From contig CAVPSJ010000004.1 of assembly GCA_963708295.1 (NCBI GenBank), forward strand, positions 832,001-896,000: a DNA stretch of 64,000 nucleotides, read 5' to 3'. Under the pieces are notes generated by a model. That model worked only from the letters and a program-made list of their open reading frames with translations, ran no database searches and had not been told where the DNA came from. This DNA comes from an uncultured delta proteobacterium. GTDB lineage: Bacteria > Desulfobacterota > BSN033 > UBA1163. The position numbers were made by a program, and so were the translations under genes. Each line of letters begins with the position of its first letter. Positions within the stretch are counted from its first letter, which is position 1. Below are positions 40,844 through 50,529 of this stretch, in pieces.

Positions 40844-42151
40844 ATGATATCGAAAGGTCCTCCCCAGGTCAGAATAGCCCTTCGCAATTGTGGTGAGATC
40901 GACCCCGGAAATATCGATCACTATATCGGCCGCGGCGGGTACAGCGGACTGGTCAGGGCTCTGAAGATGGTTCCTGAAGAGGTGATCGAAGAGGTGGGTA
41001 GGTCCGGGCTCCGGGAGCGAGGCGGGGACGGATTTCCCGCGGGAAAGAAGTGGCGCCTCAGTTTCAATGCACCAGGCAGTGAGAAGATTGTGATCTGCAA
41101 TGCCGCAGAAGGCGACCCGAATTCTCTCACGGCCCGGGCCCTGCTGGAAGGAGACCCCCATTCCGTCTTAGAGGGAATGGGCATTGGTGCCTATGCCATT
41201 GGAGCCGGCCTGGGGTGGATCTATATTAATGCTGAATACGGATTGGCGATTAACAGACTCAGGACTGCTTTGAAGCAAGCGGAGGATCATAGGTTTCTAG
41301 GGGATCATCTTCTGGATTCCAACATCCCTTTCCGCATCGAGGTTAAAGAAGGGACGGGCAAACTCGCCTGCGGCGACGAGACTTTCCTGATCAACGCCAT
41401 AGAAGGTAAGCAAACCATGCCTTTCGTTTGTTCTTCTCACCCTCCCGTATCCGGGCTGGGGGGTAAGCCAACCCTCATCCATCAGGCAGAGACCTGGGCC
41501 CATGTCTCTGCTGTCATGGAGAAGGGTGCAGAATGGTACGCTGGCTTCGGCACTGAGCAAAGCAGGGGGACGAAAGTTTGGAGTTTATCGGGAAAGGTGA
41601 TGCATTCCGGGTTGATCGAGGTCCCCATGGGCATACCTCTCCGTGAAATTGTTTATGACATCGGAGGAGGCCTCCCGGATGGCAAGTCTCTAAAAGCAAT
41701 CCGGGTCGGCGGTTCCACAGGCGGTTATCTACCGCCAAGTTCCCTGGACCTGCCCATTGACGAGGAGCATCTGTCCGCTGCCGGGACCCTCATGGGGTCC
41801 GGAAACATTCTGGTGATCGATAGCGATGCCTGCATCGTTGATCAAGCGAAGTGCTCTCTCTCCTTCATCCGGAGTGAATCGTGCGGCAAGTGCGTTTTTT
41901 GCCGTGAAGGTACGATGCAAATGGCAGAAATTCTGGCGGACATTACCGAAGGCAGGGGAAAAGCTCATGATATCGACCTGCTGTTAGAGTTGGGGGAAGG
42001 TCTTAAGTTGGGGGCTCAATGCGATCTGGGCAGGACGGCAGCTTATCCGGCCCTCACCGCGATCCGGTATTTTCGCGAGGAACTTGAAGCGCATATCAAG
42101 GATAGAAAGTGTCAGGCGCGCGTCTGCAAAACCCTTGAGCCGTCGACGTAG
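40844..42151 (+). CDS. NuoF/HydB-like FMN, [4Fe-4S] subunit
   Basis: SGLRERGGDGFP.GKKW, CNAAEGDP, LEGDPH, ESCGKCVFCREG...CDLG. Confidence 0.9.
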   Translation: MISKGPPQVRIALRNCGEIDPGNIDHYIGRGGYSGLVRALKMVPEEVIEEVGRSGLRERGGDGFPAGKKWRLSFNAPGSEKIVICNAAEGDPNSLTARALLEGDPHSVLEGMGIGAYAIGAGLGWIYINAEYGLAINRLRTALKQAEDHRFLGDHLLDSNIPFRIEVKEGTGKLACGDETFLINAIEGKQTMPFVCSSHPPVSGLGGKPTLIHQAETWAHVSAVMEKGAEWYAGFGTEQSRGTKVWSLSGKVMHSGLIEVPMGIPLREIVYDIGGGLPDGKSLKAIRVGGSTGGYLPPSSLDLPIDEEHLSAAGTLMGSGNILVIDSDACIVDQAKCSLSFIRSESCGKCVFCREGTMQMAEILADITEGRGKAHDIDLLLELGEGLKLGAQCDLGRTAAYPALTAIRYFREELEAHIKDRKCQARVCKTLEPST

Positions 42152-42236
42152 GCCCAGGGAGGGTGATGCAGCACCCTCCCAAATCCCACGGATCAGTGAG
42201 GTATTACGGGGATAGTCCCCGAAAGGAGAAAGTAGA

Positions 42237-44032
42237 TTGCAGGATGTGAAGGACGGTCGAGATGAGCGGATCGAGGTCCTCTTTCGTAAAGCGGCACCCA
42301 TCGACGTCCCGGAAGCCCGTTATCCGGGCTTCAAACCTGGTACGACCGTTCTCCCTAAAGGGTTTGTCCAAAAGAAAGGAGCACTCCCGCTCCCCTGCGA
42401 CATTATCTTTGAACGAGACGTTGCTGTGGCGCTCCGCGATGGCACGATCATCTATACGGATATCTTTCGTCCCGTCGGTGGTACCCACCTCCCGGCCATC
42501 GTCGCCTGGAGTCCCTACGGAAAGGAGGGAGGCTTGACGCTCCTCGACGACTTTCCTTTTCGGGCCGGTGTGGCCAAGAATGCAGTCTCGGAACTGCAGA
42601 AGTGGGAAGGTCCTGATCCCGCCTACTGGTGTTCCCATGGTTACGCGGTCGTGAATCCCGATGCTCGCGGTGCCTTTAGTTCGAACGGAGACATCCACTT
42701 CTGGGGGAGCCAAGAGGGCCGGGACGGCACCGATATGATTGAGTGGGTGGCATCTCAGGAGTGGAGCAACGGCAAGGTTGGGCTGTCGGGCAACTCGTGG
42801 TTGGCCATTGCCCAGTGGTTTATCGCAGCAGAGAGACCTCCCCATCTGGCCGCCATTGCTCCCTGGGAGGGGTGGTCCGATGCCTACCGAGAAGATGTGG
42901 GTCGTGGCGGTGTGCAGGATTTCGGATTTTGTGAACGCATTGTCTCGAAGATGCGCGGGAAGAATCGTGTCGAGGACGTCCCCACCATGATCCAGAAATA
43001 TCCCCTCATGAACGCCTGCTGGGAGGACAAAATCGCCAAGTTAGAGAATATTGGCATTCCTGCCTACGTTGTCGCAAGCTGGACCGGCATGATGCACGTA
43101 CACGGGACCCTCGACAGTTTCCAGCGGATTCCCTCCAAAGAAAAATGGCTTCGCGTCCATAACACTCAGGAATGGCCCGACTATTACGACCCTAAGTACA
43201 CGGAAGATCTACGTCGATTCTTCGACCGGTACCTGAAGGGTATCAAGAACGGCTGGGAGAATACCTCGCGGGTGCGACTGTCGGTTCTCGACCCCGGCGG
43301 CGCTGATGAAATCAATCGTCCTGAGAACGAATTTCCCCTGGCTCGGACACAGTACAAGAGTCTCTACCTCGACGGACGCTCGGGGACGCTCTCTTCCAAT
43401 CCGGTGACAGATGAGACTTTGGTGCGCTATGCGGCTGACGATGGCAAAGGAAAAGCTGCCTTCACTATCAGGTTCGATGAGGATACGGAACTGACCGGAT
43501 ACATGAAGTTGCGCCTCTGGGTGGAGGCAATCGGGTCAAACGACATGGACCTATTCGTCAAGGTCCAGAAGCTCAGCAAAGGAGGCAAGGTCCTTTCCAG
43601 CCCGGTCATTGTCCCGCCAATCCCGTTGCCCGGACGATGGTCAATCTCCTGTGGTCGTTCGGAGTCCGGAAGCTGTCCTTTCTCTTCTTTACCGGTCCTT
43701 CCGGGAGATTGCGGGTCTCCCACCGTGCACTCGATGAGGCACGGTCGACCCCATCAGAACCTTATCTGACACACCGCGCTGAAGAGTTTTTGAGTCCCGG
43801 GCAGATTGTTCCGGTGGAGATTGGAATATGGCCTGTGGGCATGCGCTGGCATGCCGGCGAGCAATTGCGGCTTATGATCGCAGGATACAACCTGACGCCG
43901 ATGCCAATGGCCGGGATCAAGCCGCCTAAGCTGCGCAACAAGGGTGAGCACATCATCCATGCGGGTGGTAAGTACGATTCACACCTTCTGGTGCCGGTGA
44001 TTTCGAAGGGCCAGTCTTTGGGAGGAGGTTGA
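42237..44032 (+). CDS. CocE/NonD family hydrolase (frameshift near 43635)
   Basis: LRDG..IYTDIFRP, WSPYGK, WSNGKVGLSGNSW, PPHLAAIAPWEG, GRLRVSHR, YDSHLLVP. Confidence 0.9.
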
Positions 44033-44412
44033 TTGGCAATAGGCCTGGGCGTAGACATCATCACCCTCAGCAGAATGAAAGACGTATTGGACACCGGCGG
44101 CAAGGTGTTTCTGGACAAGGTATTTCACGCCGTGGGAGCAGGAGCGGGCTGAAGCCCACTCCCGACCGCGTGGCCTATCTGGCAATGATCTTTGCTGCCA
44201 AAGAAGCCATCTTTAAAACGTTTGGAATTGGCTGGGAGACAGGCGTCCAGTTCAAGGAAATAGAGGTCCGGGACGGGGAACATGGAGAGCCGATCCCCGT
44301 TCTCACGGGAAGATTTGCTGAGCTTGCATCCGAACGTGATGTCTCCCGTGTGCTTTTGAGCCTCTCGTATGATGGCGACTATGCCGTGGCAGTAGCAACC
44401 TTATCAAAATGA
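44033..44412 (+). CDS. acpS: Holo-ACP synthase (4'-phosphopantetheinyl transferase; frameshift near 44130)
   Basis: IGLGVDIITLSRM in one frame; FAAKEAIFK, GEP.P, LSLSYD..YAVA in the next. Confidence 0.88.
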
Positions 44413-44477
44413 GAGATTTCTGAAAAGGCCAGAAATCTCTGGTTACAGCGATTATGAAACGATTACAACGAAGCAAC

Positions 44478-44578
44478 CCCTCCCTTCCTCGTAACTCCCC
44501 CCGCCCCCTCTCTTATTCTAAGAGGGGATCATTTGATTCCCCCCTTAGATTAAGGGGGGATTTAGGGGGGTTATATTG
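44478..44578. repeat. REP-like double hairpin (CCCCTCT...AGAGGGG / CCCCCTT...AAGGGGG)
   Basis: Nested inverted repeats read directly. Confidence 0.55.
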
Positions 44579-44644
44579 GGAGGTGAGGTGGGATTAATCA
44601 TCTTAGAGAAACTGTGAGTATCCCTTCAACCAGGAGAACTTGAA

Positions 44645-45646
44645 ATGCCTACGGATGTCATGGAGCAATTGCAGGTTAAGGCCAAGGCGAATCCTCAAAG
44701 GGTTGTATTTTCTGAAGCTGATGAGGAGAAGATCCTTCGTGCGGCGCGTCAGATAAAAGATATGGGGATCGCGTATCCTATACTCGTCGGGGAACCCGAG
44801 GCCGTATCCCTCTTGGCCGGAAACATCGGGGTGTCGCTTGATGGGATCACGGTGATTGACCACACTGATGCAGGAAAGGTCGAGCAGTTCGCCAGCGGGT
44901 ATGCGAAGATCAATCCGGACTTTCCGGCCTCCGCTATCAAGCGCATGCTAAGGGACCCGCTTTATTTCGCGGCCATGATGGTGAAATTAGGCGAGGCGGA
45001 CTGCATGGTGGCAGGACTGAGCCATACGACGGGAGAGGTGATCATGGCCAGTGAGATGATCATCGGATTGCAGGAAGGCATCTCCACGGTCTCAAGTACG
45101 GGCATTCTTTCCATCCCGGGATATGAGGGGCTGGAAGGGAACCTGCTGGGGATTGCTGACTGCGCTGTCTGTCCGGCGCCCGATTCTAAGGAGCTGGCCG
45201 ACATCGCCATCTCGACGGCCGACACCTTGCAGAGACTGCTGGGCTGGGAGCCGCGCGTGGCCCTGTTGTCCTTTTCAACAAAGGGCAGCGCAAGCCACGA
45301 GCGCGTTGACACAGTACTGCAGGCCCTGGACATGGTGCGCGAGCGGAGGCCGGAGCTGCTCATTGACGGCGAGCTTCAACTGGATTCCGCGATCGTCCCG
45401 GAGGTGGCAGCCAGGAAGGTGAAGGGAGGAAGCCCGGTGGCCGGCAAGGCCAACATCCTGATCTTCCCGGATCTCAACGCAGGCAACATCGGGGTGAAAC
45501 TTGTCCAGCGGTTTGCCAAGGCGGTGGCTTATGGGCCGCTTCTGCAGGGCTTCGCCAAGCCGGTAAGCGACCTGTCCCGTGGCGCGCCTGTGGAGGAGAT
45601 TGTAGGGGCGACCACGATGGTGGCAGTACGAGCACAAAATAAATAG
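44645..45646 (+). CDS. pta: Phosphate acetyl/butyryltransferase family protein
   Basis: ADCAVCPAP, VALLSFSTKGSA, DGELQLDSA, FPDLNAGNIGVK, GPLLQG..KPVSDLSRG. Confidence 0.9.
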   Translation: MPTDVMEQLQVKAKANPQRVVFSEADEEKILRAARQIKDMGIAYPILVGEPEAVSLLAGNIGVSLDGITVIDHTDAGKVEQFASGYAKINPDFPASAIKRMLRDPLYFAAMMVKLGEADCMVAGLSHTTGEVIMASEMIIGLQEGISTVSSTGILSIPGYEGLEGNLLGIADCAVCPAPDSKELADIAISTADTLQRLLGWEPRVALLSFSTKGSASHERVDTVLQALDMVRERRPELLIDGELQLDSAIVPEVAARKVKGGSPVAGKANILIFPDLNAGNIGVKLVQRFAKAVAYGPLLQGFAKPVSDLSRGAPVEEIVGATTMVAVRAQNK

Positions 45647-45651
45647 GGCTC

Positions 45652-45800
45652 GAATATCGAAGCACGAAATTCGAAACAAATCCGAATTTCGAATGTTTCA
45701 AATTCTAAACATCGTAGTACCTGAAAAAACTGATTTCGGTCAGTTAGAATTCGAATTTTGGTCATTGTTTCGGATTTCGATATTCGAGTTTCGGATTTTA
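45652..45800. repeat. Heptamer-periodic long hairpin element
   Basis: ATCGAAGCACGAAATTCGAAACAAATCCGAA ... GTTTCGGATTTCGATATTCGAGTTTCGGATTT. Confidence 0.65.
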
Positions 45801-45902
45801 ATTCAATGGTCGCTCGCTTACCCGATGTTACATCTTTGCGCCTGGCGCAACCCTGCCTGATGGTTAAGGACCAGGTTGGTCATGGAGGGAAAGGTAACTC
45901 TT

Positions 45903-47012
45903 GTGGATAAGAAATACAGACTTCTTGCGATCAACCCGGGCTCCACCTCAACCAAGATCGCGCTCTTTGAAAACGATACGGAAATTTTCTCTGCCAACGT
46001 CGCTCATGACGCAGCCAGGCTCAAAGAGTTTCGCGAGATCAGCGACCAGTTTCCGTATCGTAAGGAGACCATACTGAGTGAGCTGGCTAAAAAGAACATC
46101 TCCTTGAAAGGAATAGACGCCTTTGTCGGACGGGGAGGCGGGCTCGTCGGCCTGGAAGGAGGAACCTATACGATCAATGAGACCTTGCTGCATCATGCCA
46201 GAATTGGCTTTACCGTGAAACACCCGGCCACGCTCGGCAGTCAGCTGGCCCATGACTTTGCGTTGACCTATGGCGGAAAAGCCTTCGTCGTCAATCCGCC
46301 CGACGTCGATGAATTTCAACTTGTGGCACGAGTCAGCGGGCTCCACGATGTCCCCCGCGAGAGCAGGGGCCACCCTCTCAACCAGAAAGAAGTCGGAATC
46401 CGCTACGCCGCAGAGATCGGCAAGCGTTACGAGGATCTCAACCTGATCATATCCCACATCGGCGGCGGCGTAACGGTGACGGCTCACCAGAAGGGTCGTA
46501 TGGTCGATTCGACCGATGTGATCAATGGCGATGGTCCCATGGCTGCCACGCGCGCAGGCGCGATCCCGGCTGTGGCCATCATCAGGATGTGTTATTCGGG
46601 AAAATATACGGAAAAAGAGATGTATGACCGCATCACCAAGAATGGCGGTCTGGTCGATCATCTCGGCACCGCCGACGTCCGCGAGATACAGGAACGCATC
46701 AAAAACGGCGATGCCTATGCAAAACTCATCTACGACGCCATGATCTATCAGATTGGAAAGAGCATCGGCGCTTATGCAACGGTCTTAAGAGGTGAAGTGG
46801 ATGCCATTCTACTGACCGGCGGCATCGCTCACGATGCCTATCTGGTCGAGAGGATCACCGATATGGTCAAGTACATCGCTCCGGTCAAGGTCTACGCAGG
46901 TGAGTTCGAGATGGAAGCCCTGGCTGCAGGCGCTCTCAGGGTGCTGACCGGTCAGGAACAGCCCAAGACCTATACCGGAGTACCGGTATGGAATGGTTTT
47001 GACGAGAGATGA
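45903..47012 (+). CDS. buk: Butyrate kinase (start may be 45876-45903)
   Basis: AINPGSTSTKIA, GRGG, HPLNQK, HIGGG, ILLTGGIA, GEFEMEALA. Confidence 0.93.
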   Translation: MDKKYRLLAINPGSTSTKIALFENDTEIFSANVAHDAARLKEFREISDQFPYRKETILSELAKKNISLKGIDAFVGRGGGLVGLEGGTYTINETLLHHARIGFTVKHPATLGSQLAHDFALTYGGKAFVVNPPDVDEFQLVARVSGLHDVPRESRGHPLNQKEVGIRYAAEIGKRYEDLNLIISHIGGGVTVTAHQKGRMVDSTDVINGDGPMAATRAGAIPAVAIIRMCYSGKYTEKEMYDRITKNGGLVDHLGTADVREIQERIKNGDAYAKLIYDAMIYQIGKSIGAYATVLRGEVDAILLTGGIAHDAYLVERITDMVKYIAPVKVYAGEFEMEALAAGALRVLTGQEQPKTYTGVPVWNGFDER

Positions 47013-47013
47013 A

Positions 47014-47138
47014 CAGGTTGCTGAAAAATGGCCATCTACTGCGTTTCCCTCATCCTTCGTCGTTGCAGCGTACAGGCAAGTACGCCTCGCTCCTCAGGAT
47101 TTCGGGAGCCTTGCATCTGGCCCTTTTTGAGCAACCTG
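47014..47138. mobile_element. MITE-like element, 125 bp
   Basis: Terminal inverted repeats CAGGTTGCTGAAAAA / TTTTTGAGCAACCTG. Confidence 0.65.
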
Positions 47139-47278
47139 GAGGAGATTCCCTTTTCAGGAGCCTGGACGAAATACGCGAATGATGATGAATTTCACGAATA
47201 GAACCGGTTCGTGTTATTCGTTGTCATTCGTGCCATTTGAGCCTATTTTCTAAATCATAGAAAAGGAGTAAAAAAACA

Positions 47279-47527
47279 ATGGGATTAAGAGAAGAGGTAT
47301 TGGAGAAAATCATTCAACGAGCTGCGGTACTCTTCAAGAAAGACCCCGGCGAATTAAGTCCAGACACGAAATGGGTGGAGGACCTCAAGGCCAAATCGGT
47401 CAATTACGTTCAGGTCATCGCCATATTAGAGGATGCATTTGACGTCCAGATTAATTTCATGGAGTTCAGAAGGAAAAAGACTTTGGGCGAGGCCGCTGAA
47501 TTCGTCGCCCAACTCTGCGGGGGCTGA
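47279..47527 (+). CDS. Acyl carrier protein with an atypical attachment motif
   Basis: 82 aa, acidic; WVEDLKAKSVNYVQVIAILEDAFDVQI..TLGEA aligns with the ACP pattern DLGADSLD. Confidence 0.85.
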   Translation: MGLREEVLEKIIQRAAVLFKKDPGELSPDTKWVEDLKAKSVNYVQVIAILEDAFDVQINFMEFRRKKTLGEAAEFVAQLCGG

Positions 47528-47599
47528 TCAGAACAAGAATCAGAAATTTAATTGAGATAAGAAAATAATCGATACAAGAGATAAAATGGGAGGATGGCC

Positions 47600-49369
47600 A
47601 TGGCTGAAACGAAAAGAAAAAAAGTAATGTTCGGCAATGAGGAAATCGATGCAGTCTACAGGGAAACAAGAAGACCAGTTCCGCCCCAGAAGAAAGAATC
47701 GAAGGCCAAACAGGAGGAGAACTGGGACGGACTCGAAGAAAAATCTCTAGAGGGATCCGGGTTTGGAGTCTGTCCTGATCTCAACCGCCGCACCTATCTT
47801 GCTGAAGACGGCATTATCTGCGAGCAGGACGTCCCCGTGACCCTGCGGGACGGCGTGGTGATCTACACCGACATTTACCGTCCCGTGGAACAGACAAATA
47901 TTCCTGCCATCGTCTCATGGAGTTATTTCGGCAAACGTCCGGGCGATGGCTTCGACGAATGGCAGATCATCGGGGTTCCGCCGGGGACTGTTTCCCGGAT
48001 GGCCAAGTTCGAATCTCCCGATCCCGCCTACTGGTGTCGCCATGGCTATGCGATCGCCAACGCGGACCCCCGCGGCATTGGCCATTCAGAGGGTGATGTA
48101 TGCTTTTTCGGCACGCAAGACGGACGTGACTGCTATGACTTCATCGAATGGCTTGCAACCCAGTACTGGTGCAACGGCAAGATCGGGATGGGCGGCAACT
48201 CGGGTGTGGCCATGACCCACTGGCGAGTGGCTGCAGAGCAGCCCCCTCACCTTGCCTGCATCGCCCCTTGGGAAGGCACGGGAGACCTGTATCGCGAGTC
48301 CCTTTATGAAGGAGGTATCCCGGCGCTTGGTTTCTGCGACTTTATTGTGGGTTCCCTGGTGGGCAACGGATATGTGGACGACGCCGCTGCTATGGCCCTG
48401 GAGCACCCTTTTCTGGACGCCTATTGGGAAGACAAAATCCCGAGGTGGGAAAAGATCAGGATTCCAACCTATACCACAGTCTGCTGGAACCATTTTCACC
48501 TGCGCGGTTCTATGGAAGGTTTCAGGAGGATCCGTTCCACGAAGAAGTGGCTCCGGGCACACAGGGAGTTTGAGTGGCCGGATACCTATTCCACCTTCGG
48601 CCTCGAAGATCTGAAAGGGTTCTACGATCGCTATCTGAAAGACATCCGAAACGGCTGGGAGCTTACGCCGAGGGTCCGCCTTGAGATCATGGATGCCTAT
48701 GATTTTAATTATCAGGTCAACCGTCCCGAAAAGGAGTTCCCCCTTGCCCGAACCCAGTACAAGAAGCTCTACCTCGACGCCGCCAAGGGCGCTCTCTCCT
48801 TTGATCCCGTTGCCAAGGAATCAAAGGTCAGCTACGAGGCCGAGACCGGGTCAACGACCTTCGCCATCAAATTGACCGAAGACACGGAGATTACCGGCTA
48901 CATGAAGCTCCGCCTCTGGGTTGAGGCCGAGGGCAATGATGATATGGACCTCTTTATTGCAATCCGGAAGCTCGATGAAAAAGGCAACTGGCTGCCGACA
49001 AACGTGTTGGGAGAACCCCATCCGGGAGCATGGGGAAAGATGAGGGTATCGCGGCGCGAGCTCGATCAGAAGCTGTCCACGGATTTTCAGCCGATCCAGG
49101 CCCATCGCAAGGATGAAAAGCTGAAACCCGGTGAAATCGTTCCCGTGGATATTGAGATATGGCCCCACAGCAGGATTTGGCACAAAGGCCAGCAGTTGCA
49201 AGTCCTTGTATCAGGGCATTACGTTCGCGAAGGCTGGTTTGAGCCTTTCTCATGGGAGCTTAACAATAAAGGTAAGCATGTGATCCACTCAGGGGGGAAA
49301 TATGATTCGTATCTCCAGATACCTGTCATCCCTCCGAGATATCAGGCCGGCGATTATGTTTACAGGTAA
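47600..49369 (+). CDS. CocE/NonD family hydrolase
   Basis: LRDG..IYTDIYRP, DPRGIGHSEG, WCNGKIGMGGNSG, PPHLACIAPWEG, YDSYLQIP. Confidence 0.92.
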   Translation: MAETKRKKVMFGNEEIDAVYRETRRPVPPQKKESKAKQEENWDGLEEKSLEGSGFGVCPDLNRRTYLAEDGIICEQDVPVTLRDGVVIYTDIYRPVEQTNIPAIVSWSYFGKRPGDGFDEWQIIGVPPGTVSRMAKFESPDPAYWCRHGYAIANADPRGIGHSEGDVCFFGTQDGRDCYDFIEWLATQYWCNGKIGMGGNSGVAMTHWRVAAEQPPHLACIAPWEGTGDLYRESLYEGGIPALGFCDFIVGSLVGNGYVDDAAAMALEHPFLDAYWEDKIPRWEKIRIPTYTTVCWNHFHLRGSMEGFRRIRSTKKWLRAHREFEWPDTYSTFGLEDLKGFYDRYLKDIRNGWELTPRVRLEIMDAYDFNYQVNRPEKEFPLARTQYKKLYLDAAKGALSFDPVAKESKVSYEAETGSTTFAIKLTEDTEITGYMKLRLWVEAEGNDDMDLFIAIRKLDEKGNWLPTNVLGEPHPGAWGKMRVSRRELDQKLSTDFQPIQAHRKDEKLKPGEIVPVDIEIWPHSRIWHKGQQLQVLVSGHYVREGWFEPFSWELNNKGKHVIHSGGKYDSYLQIPVIPPRYQAGDYVYR

Positions 49370-49481
49370 GGGCGAGACAGGCTGAAATGGAGGTGTAAGA
49401 GTAAGCACAGCCGCGAGAACGGAGCGGCATACGCAAAAGAGGGATGAACGAGTTAGATTCAATACAAAAGGAGGTATCTAC

Positions 49482-50455
49482 ATGAAAGTTCTCGGACTGA
49501 CCTGCGGCAGGAAGATGAGCAACACGGAGATACTCGTCAAAGAAGCGCTTATGGGCGCGGAAGAGGCGGGTGCAAAGGTGGAGATCGTGCGTCTGATGGA
49601 CCTGAATATCAGGCCGTGCACGGGGTGCAACTCCTGCGTGATCGATCTTTTCGAAAAAGCCGGCTCAGGGGAATGCGTCATCAAGAATGACGATTTCAAG
49701 TTCATCGACGACAAAATCCATGACTGCGACGGGCTGATCCTGGGTTCCCCGGTTTATGAGAAGGCCCCGCAGGGTTTGCTGAAGGTCCTGAACGACAGGA
49801 TGGGGCCGTCCCATGATCTGGCATTCAGAATCATTGCGAAGAAGATCAGGGAGGAGAAAGGCATTACCAAAGGCAAAGGACCGGACGAGAGGTCGTTCAA
49901 ACCGAGAGTGGCATCGCTCTTTGCCGTCGGAGGCAGCGACTGGACGACTCTGGCGCTTCCCATGCTGCAGATATTCGCTCTTCCGATGAACATGCTGGTT
50001 GTGGATCAGCATGTATTCAACTGGACGGCTTTACCCGCTATCGTGGCATTGAGGCCTGAAATGCTCGAGAGGGCGAGAAGGTCAGGGCGTCATGTGGCCG
50101 AGACCTTGAAGAAACCGATTGAAGAGGCAAAGTATATTGGCGATCCCGGTAGGTGTCCCGTATGCCATTCAAGTGTACTGGAGGTCGGAAAGACAACGGA
50201 ACCGGTGATTTGCGCCGTCTGCGGTGTAAAGGGCAACTTTGAAAACGAAAGGTGACGATTATGTAGCTGGAGGTCACCGACGAGGCAAGGGCCCTTTCGA
50301 ACGTTCTCCTTTCGGGTAAATTCCACCATGGCGATGATATGAAGGCTGTTTCGCTGAAGCCTGACCCACGGATGGCCGAGATCCCTGCGTTGATCGAGAA
50401 ATACAAATCGTATTTAACGTACTCCAGGCCGGATCGAACGGCGACGGAAAAGTAA
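49482..50455 (+). CDS. Extended iron-sulfur flavoprotein (frameshifts near 50235-50270)
   Basis: GLTCGRKMSNTE, CTGCNSC...C, GSPVY, CPVCH...CAVCG; paralog-like tail in the shifted frame. Confidence 0.85.
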
Positions 50456-50529
50456 CGGAGCGGCGAAATCGAGCAAGCACCGGTCTTATGCCTTTATCAG
50501 GAATCTCAAAATGAAGGAGGGGTAAAGTC

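Noticed and set aside
44033-47527. PKS/NRPS/FAS biosynthetic cluster
   Set aside because: No ketosynthase, malonyl transferase, condensation or adenylation domain is present in the cluster
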